Assembly (NCBI GenBank): GCA_037441705.1 | Contig: JBBIRR010000061.1 | Location: 1 to 18,973 of the forward strand | Source of the DNA: Ignavibacteriales bacterium | GTDB lineage: Bacteria; Bacteroidota; Ignavibacteria; UBA10030; UBA6906 | Direction of reading: 5' to 3' | DNA length: 18,973 nt | Part shown: positions 1 to 4,283 of the stretch, piece by piece | Layout of the letters: every line of letters begins with the position of its first letter | Numbering within the stretch: the first letter of the stretch is position 1 | Program-made: the position numbers and the translations under genes | The notes under the pieces: model-generated | The model's database searches: none | The model's input: the letters and a program-made list of their open reading frames with translations, nothing else | What the model was told of the DNA's origin: nothing

Positions 1-7
1 TCTGCCT

Positions 8-60
8 CGTCACCCTGAGCGCAGTCCTGCCGCTTTTCAGGCGGGACGGAGTCGAAGGGT
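8..60 (+). repeat. CGTC-tagged REP-like hairpin, family A copy 1
   Basis: CGTC tag; outer stem ACCCT(12-16)/AGGGT(56-60) with GA on each inner side; inner stem GTCCTGCC/GGCGGGAC around loop GCTTTTCA. Confidence 0.75.
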
Positions 61-75
61 GTTCCGCGCATTTGC

Positions 76-185
76 GTAGGGACACGGCTCCGCCGTGTCC
101 TGATGTGAGGAATGCTGAATGCTTGCGTTGCCGATGCGGGGTGTTTGCACACTTCCAGCAGGACATGCCGGAGGCATGTCCCTAC
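76..185. repeat. Inverted pair of GTAG-tagged REP hairpins (REPIN-like doublet)
   Basis: Plus strand GTAG-GGACACGGC-TCC-GCCGTGTCC (76-100); minus strand GTAG-GGACATGCC-TCC-GGCATGTCC (185-161); 60-bp spacer. Confidence 0.85.
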
Positions 186-197
186 AAAGATGTTCGC

Positions 198-246
198 CGG
201 TTCTGGATGCTTCGCGCTTGGAAAGCAGCGCTCAGCATGACAGTGT
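198..246 (-). repeat. REP-like hairpin, family A copy 2
   Basis: Minus strand TGTC-ATGCT-GA-GCGCT-GCTTTCCA-AGCGC-GA-AGCAT-CCAGAAC; 49 bp, one mismatch to 449-497. Confidence 0.85.
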
Positions 247-259
247 AGTCCACTTCCCG

Positions 260-306
260 CCCTTCCGTCACGGCGCGGGTGTCAGGCGCGTGAGCCGTGA
301 CGTCCG
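260..306 (+). repeat. Family B palindrome copy 1 (CGTCACGGC-N19-GCCGTGACG)
   Basis: Perfect 9-bp inverted repeat 266-274/294-302; flanks CCTTC and TCCG shared with copy 2. Confidence 0.8.
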
Positions 307-313
307 ATCGCTC

Positions 314-356
314 CGTCATTCTGAGCCTCGCTTTTCAGAGGCGAAGAATCCAGAAC
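314..356 (+). repeat. CGTC-tagged REP-like hairpin, family A copy 3
   Basis: CGTC-ATTCT-GA-GCCTC-GCTTTTCA-GAGGC-GA-AGAAT-CCAGAAC. Confidence 0.85.
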
Positions 357-361
357 AAGAA

Positions 362-413
362 TCATCCTGCATCCTGTATCCTGAATCGAACCTCAAACCC
401 CGAACCTCGAACC
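362..413 (+). repeat. Degenerate heptamer tandem array 1
   Basis: TCATCCT GCATCCT GTATCCT GAATC GAACCTC AAACCCC GAACCTC GAACC. Confidence 0.75.
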
Positions 414-448
414 ATGCATCCACGATTGAACATTGGCCACCTGTGCCT

Positions 449-497
449 CGGTTCTGGATGCTTCGCGCTTGGGAAGCAGCGCTCAGCATGACAGTGT
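449..497 (-). repeat. REP-like hairpin, family A copy 4
   Basis: Direct repeat of 198-246; the single difference lies in the loop (GCTTCCCA vs GCTTTCCA on the minus strand). Confidence 0.85.
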
Positions 498-530
498 TGG
501 CCAGTGCAATCTCCGCGTTGCGTACTCGTG

Positions 531-619
531 GGTCACGTAGTGACCTCACGACCATAGCCCGACCTTTCAAGGTCGGGATTCCAATCATACGCATCATCAC
601 ACCCGTCGCGTAGCGACGG
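531..619 (+). repeat. Three-hairpin element with GTA triloops
   Basis: GGTCAC-GTA-GTGACC (531-545), CCCGACCTT-TC-AAGGTCGGG (558-577), CCGTCGC-GTA-GCGACGG (603-619). Confidence 0.7.
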
Positions 620-677
620 AATCAAAACTTGGTGATAAGGAGAGAAACGTGGACCGGAGTAAACGTGGCGAGCGGAT

Positions 678-892
678 ACAGGTCGCCCCTACGGGGCTTA
701 CGTTCGTTTGGGCATTGTCCATGCTACAAACAGGTCGTCCCTACGGGACTCAGCTTGGCTGCGCCCGCTTGGCAACAGCTCGCCCTCACGACGAGTAGCA
801 CGAGTGTTGATTTGAGCATCCGCTCCGTAGGAGCGGAACTGTTTGGAGAACTCAGAGACCGAAAAATCCCTCAAGCCCCATCGGGGCGACCC
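678..892. repeat. Inverted doublets of triloop mini-hairpin repeats (family D)
   Basis: Minus strand AGCCCC-GTA-GGGGCGACCTG (698-679) and AGTCCC-GTA-GGGACGACCTGTTTGTAG (750-724), mirrored by plus strand GCTCC-GTA-GGAGCGGAACTGTTTGGAG (822-848) and AGCCCC-ATC-GGGGCGACCC (874-892). Confidence 0.75.
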
Positions 893-910
893 GATCATGT
901 TCCGATCCGT

Positions 911-1000
911 GAATCCTGAATCCTGCATCCTGAAGCCTGAACCCTGAAGCCTGAACCTTGAACCCCGATCCTCAAACCTCAAACCTCAAACCTCAAACCG
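911..1000 (+). repeat. Heptamer tandem array 2 (13 units)
   Basis: GAATCCT GAATCCT GCATCCT GAAGCCT GAACCCT GAAGCCT GAACCTT GAACCCC GATCCTC AAACCTC AAACCTC AAACCTC AAACCG in unbroken 7-bp register. Confidence 0.9.
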
Positions 1001-1021
1001 ACCCCGCACGCTCGCGTTCCC

Positions 1022-1067
1022 CCCTTCCGTCACGGCACAAGGTTGCGTGCGTAAGCCGTGACGTCCG
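1022..1067 (+). repeat. Family B palindrome copy 2
   Basis: CGTCACGGC (1028-1036)-N18-GCCGTGACG (1055-1063). Confidence 0.8.
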
Positions 1068-1075
1068 GGCGACGC

Positions 1076-1134
1076 GTAGCACGAATTTCCAATTCGCGAC
1101 CCGAACAAAACGCCGGACGGGAGTCCGGCGCTAC
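1076..1134. repeat. Second inverted pair of GTAG-tagged REP hairpins
   Basis: Plus strand GTAG-CACGAATT-TCC-AATTCGCG (1076-1098, one mismatch); minus strand GTAG-CGCCGGAC-TCCC-GTCCGGCG (1134-1111). Confidence 0.7.
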
Positions 1135-1146
1135 ACATCATGCCCT

Positions 1147-1194
1147 GGGGCGTCACGGCTCAATAGTTTGGCTCAAGTGCCGTGACGCAACGGG
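1147..1194 (-). repeat. Family B palindrome copy 3 (inverted relative to copies 1 and 2)
   Basis: CGTCACGGC (1151-1159)-N19-GCCGTGACG (1179-1187); the reverse complement reads CGTCACGGCAC...TGAGCCGTGACG, like copies 1 and 2. Confidence 0.75.
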
Positions 1195-1227
1195 CGGGCA
1201 AAGGCGCTACGCTGCCAATCCCGCTCC

Positions 1228-1341
1228 CTCCGTTATTCTGAGCGAGCGCAACGAGCGAAGAATCCAGAACGAGAATCATTCTGAATCCTGCATCTTACAT
1301 CCTGCATCCTGAAGCCTGAACCTCAAACCGTCACTCTCAAA
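1228..1341 (+). repeat. Family A copy 5 followed by heptamer array 3
   Basis: CTCCGTTATTCTGAGC...GCGAAGAATCCAGAACGAGAATCATTCTG, then GAATCCT GCATCTT ACATCCT GCATCCT GAAGCCT GAACCTC AAACCG; parallels 311-413. Confidence 0.8.
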
Positions 1342-1365
1342 CGGCGTCCTGCCCGGCTTCGCCTC

Positions 1366-2814
1366 TCAACTTCTGAGTGTGAACCAGAAGGTACTTCCCT
1401 TTCCCGGTGTGCTTTCCACATGGAGGGTGCTGCCGTGCGCTTCGACGATGTGCTTGGCGATGGCAAGTCCAAGCCCCGTGCCGCCGACCTCGCGCGAGCG
1501 GTTCTTGTCGACGCGGTAGAAACGCTCGAAGATGCGCGGCAGATGCTCCGCGGCAATACCGACGCCGGTATCGGCAACAGCGATGCGCACGAAACCATCC
1601 TGCAGCGTGTAGGAGACGCTCACCTCGCCGTCGGGCCTGTTGTACTTGATGGCATTTTCTAAAAGGTTCTCGAACACAACCCGCAACCGTTCCCGGTCGC
1701 CCAGCACCTCCACGGCGTCGGAGGAAGAAGGCACGAGCCGCAACGTAACGTTGTTGCGCTCGGCGCTCGTGCGGTACTCCTCCATGAGGGCGGTGAGAAA
1801 CTCATGCAGGTCAAAATAGCGGAAGCTCATCTTCATCTCGCCCGACTCGATATGCGAGATGGTCATCAGGTCTTCTAATAACGAGTTGAGGCGAACGGAG
1901 TGTTCGTAGGCTTTCTTCAGGAAGGTCCGGTTCACCTGCGGGTCGTCCACTGCTCCCTCCATCAAGGTCTCGAGAAATCCTTGAAGCGAAAAGATAGGCG
2001 TGCGCAGTTCGTGAGAGGCATTCCCGAAAAACTCGGTGCGGACGCGCTCAAGCTTTTTCAGCCGGACGATATCGGCTTTCAGTTTATCCACCATCTCGTT
2101 GACGGCACGCGCAACGCGCGCAACCTCATCGTTGCCCCGCACCGTGATGTGTGTGTCGAGTTCGCCGGCACGAATGCGTTCGACCGCATCGGCAATCGTC
2201 ACCATCGGACGGGCAATGCGGCGGGAGAGAACCACGCTCACCGCGATCACCACCCCTAAGACAACAAGGCCGGAAAGGATGATCGCCAGTTGTTCTTTCG
2301 CAGCCATGCTGTCAACATCGGTCAGATGTGCGCTCACACGAACAACGCGCACCCCGGCGAGCACACCGGTCGCCCCGGCAAGCCGCATACGACGGGCTAC
2401 GTACAACAGCTCCCCATGCACGGTTGCACTGCGGCGCGTTGCTACACCTATTCTCCCGCGCACAGCGTCCTGGACTTCCGGCCTGCTGAGATGATTCTCG
2501 ATGGATGACGTGTGATCGATCGGTACATCGGAGTCGATCAGAACCGTCCCTGATGAATCTATCAGTGTAATGCGCAGACCCGTGGCACGAGCAAAGCGTA
2601 CAACCGAGCGATGGAGCGCGGCAAGCGTCTGATCGGTCTCCGAGGGAAGCAGCTCCGCGAGCGCCGTGATACGTTCTTCAAGCTCATCAATCTTTCTGTC
2701 GACGAGGTACCTTTTCGTAGCAATCCCCGCAAGGATCGCCAAAGAGGTTACTGTCACAACCGTCAGGACGACGTAGGTGAGTGTGATTTTGGTTTGAAGC
2801 CGCTGTATCGGCAT
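1366..2814 (-). CDS. phoR: PhoR-like sensor histidine kinase (2 TM, extracytoplasmic sensor, HAMP, HisKA, HATPase)
   Basis: 482 aa; two hydrophobic segments; ENHLSRPEV motif familiar from PhoR-type sensors; H-box SHELRTP; N-box NLLENAIKYN; DTGVGI; FERFYRVDKNRSREVGGTGLGLAI. Start overlaps the regulator stop (TGATG, 2816-2812). Confidence 0.85.
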   Translation of the reverse strand: MPIQRLQTKITLTYVVLTVVTVTSLAILAGIATKRYLVDRKIDELEERITALAELLPSETDQTLAALHRSVVRFARATGLRITLIDSSGTVLIDSDVPIDHTSSIENHLSRPEVQDAVRGRIGVATRRSATVHGELLYVARRMRLAGATGVLAGVRVVRVSAHLTDVDSMAAKEQLAIILSGLVVLGVVIAVSVVLSRRIARPMVTIADAVERIRAGELDTHITVRGNDEVARVARAVNEMVDKLKADIVRLKKLERVRTEFFGNASHELRTPIFSLQGFLETLMEGAVDDPQVNRTFLKKAYEHSVRLNSLLEDLMTISHIESGEMKMSFRYFDLHEFLTALMEEYRTSAERNNVTLRLVPSSSDAVEVLGDRERLRVVFENLLENAIKYNRPDGEVSVSYTLQDGFVRIAVADTGVGIAAEHLPRIFERFYRVDKNRSREVGGTGLGLAIAKHIVEAHGSTLHVESTPGKGSTFWFTLRS

Positions 2815-3500
2815 CAGGCCCTCATCCGGTAACCCACACCTTTGACGGTTTCGATGTACTCCCCGCAGGCGCCGAGTTTTTCCCGAATCTTGCTGATGTG
2901 GACATCAACCGTTCGGTCAACCACGCGCACATCGTCGCCCCACACGCTGCTGAGCAATACCTCCCGCGTAATGACACGCCCGCGATGGCGGGCCAGATAC
3001 AGGAGTGTTTCGAACTCCCGCCGCGTCAGCACGACCGGTTTTCGACGAACCGTCACGGTGTAGCGGGGCACGTCGATTTCCAACTCATCAATCGTGATGT
3101 GCTCATCGTGCGGCGGGCCGTCGACGCGCTGGTCGTGGCGACGCAGCGCCGCTCGCACGCGCGCCAGCAAGCTGCGCACGGCGATGGGCTTCACAACGTA
3201 GTCGTCCCCACCTAACTCCAGCCCCAACACCTCATCCACCTCCGTGCCCTTTGCGGTGAGAAAGATGATGGGCGTGGCTGCCGTTTTCGGATCTCGTTTC
3301 AGTTCCTTGCACACTTCCCAGCCGTCCATTTCCGGCATCATCACATCCAGCAGAACGAGATGCGGAGACAACTTCGCTTGCTTCAACGCTTCGATCCCGT
3401 TTCGCGCCGTCAGCACGGCATAGCCCTCCTTTTCCAGATTGTACCTCAGCATGTCGAGGATATCCTGTTCATCGTCAACGACGAGGATGGTTTTTCGCAT
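2814..3500 (-). CDS. OmpR-family response regulator, PhoP/PhoB-like
   Basis: Receiver motifs ILVVDDE, LLDVMMP, FLTA, KP; winged-helix motifs RTVDVHISKIREKL and IETVKGVGY. Start placed at ATG 3500 (MRKTILVVDDE, 228 aa) with GGAAGG upstream, rather than 3611. Confidence 0.9.
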   Translation of the reverse strand: MRKTILVVDDEQDILDMLRYNLEKEGYAVLTARNGIEALKQAKLSPHLVLLDVMMPEMDGWEVCKELKRDPKTAATPIIFLTAKGTEVDEVLGLELGGDDYVVKPIAVRSLLARVRAALRRHDQRVDGPPHDEHITIDELEIDVPRYTVTVRRKPVVLTRREFETLLYLARHRGRVITREVLLSSVWGDDVRVVDRTVDVHISKIREKLGACGEYIETVKGVGYRMRA

Positions 3501-3566
3501 AGGGGAACCTTCCATTGGTGATGCCGCACCGCCAATATATGAAACTCTCCCGAAACCTTCTCTTGC

Positions 3567-3599
3567 TTGACATTGAATTACCTTCTCCACATTTTGTGG
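3567..3599 (+). promoter_or_regulatory. Possible sigma70-type promoter for the hypothetical-polB unit, overlapped by a short palindrome
   Basis: TTGACA (3567-3572), 17 bp, weak -10 CATTTT (3590-3595); CCACA-TTT-TGTGG (3587-3599) overlaps the -10; AT-richer patch between divergent genes. Confidence 0.35.
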
Positions 3600-3761
3600 G
3601 AGGCAACGCACGCTCCTTCAACGACGATCCAACCATCCGCCACAGCGGCCGGGCAGCTTGGGAGAGAGAGGCTTGCTGACGGGACAACGAAAGCCGAGCG
3701 CAGCACAACATCAGACAGGGCCGGCCTCCACGATGAACAGCCACTTGAGCGAGAGACACGC

Positions 3762-4250
3762 ATGATTTCCGCAACGACCATTGACCACGTGCTGGAGAGA
3801 ATGTCCGACCAGACCCCCGAACAGGCACAAGCGTTGGTTCTGCAAATGAGTGAGGAGCAGCCGAACGTTCTCGCCTTCTTGACCGTCCTGAGTAAATACG
3901 AAGGCTTCAACCGACTGGAGCGGCAGTTCTTTTGTTATATCGGCATTATCATCTGGCAGATCCTCGAACAACGTCCGGGCGGATGCAAGAGTGTGTCAAA
4001 CGAACATCTGGAACAGATATATCAAGCAAACAAGGATTTTTTTGCAAAGGTGGCTTCGGATTCGGCGGGCGACTTCGTGGGCGGTTTGCTCTCCATGATC
4101 GAGAGCTATCCCGAGCCTGAGGTGCTGAGGTACCTCACAGGGGTGCTCAAGGATGACGCGCAAGACGCCCCCAGCGGCATGGACATGCGTCGCGAGAACC
4201 TTGACTTTGCTTTCCTTCATCTGAAGACCATCTTGGACTCGTTGATTTGA
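3762..4250 (+). CDS. Hypothetical acidic, probably all-helical protein with a two-fold internal repeat
   Basis: 162 aa from ATG 3762 (GAGAGA upstream), protein-like composition, ends 33 bp before polB; QPNVLAFL / EPEVLRYL repeat. The frame is open back to 3567, but the extension looks non-coding. Confidence 0.75.
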   Translation: MISATTIDHVLERMSDQTPEQAQALVLQMSEEQPNVLAFLTVLSKYEGFNRLERQFFCYIGIIIWQILEQRPGGCKSVSNEHLEQIYQANKDFFAKVASDSAGDFVGGLLSMIESYPEPEVLRYLTGVLKDDAQDAPSGMDMRRENLDFAFLHLKTILDSLI

Positions 4251-4283
4251 GGAGAGAAAGACTTCGGAAGCAACAATTCCTCT

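Noticed and set aside
198-1270. Possible CRISPR array or integron attC array
   Set aside because: Repeats alternate in orientation, are irregularly spaced and belong to several families. There are no cas or intI genes and no cassette ORFs between the repeats.
119-1312. ORFs in the repeat field (119-613, 316-600, 629-919, 698-982, 958-1185, 1058-1312)
   Set aside because: They are translations of palindromes and heptamers (for example SCILYPES, LNPDPQTSNLKPQT), with no recognisable domains or RBS.
3501-3611. N-terminal extension of the response regulator to 3611
   Set aside because: The receiver domain starts at MRKTILVVDDE (3500) with an RBS; the extension crosses the probable promoter region.
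3680-3700. GGGACAACGAAAGCC, faintly like the c-di-GMP-I riboswitch core GGGACGCAAAGCC
   Set aside because: The upstream GCAAACC/GNRA stem and the downstream P3 features are not evident; an Rfam scan would be needed to revive the idea.
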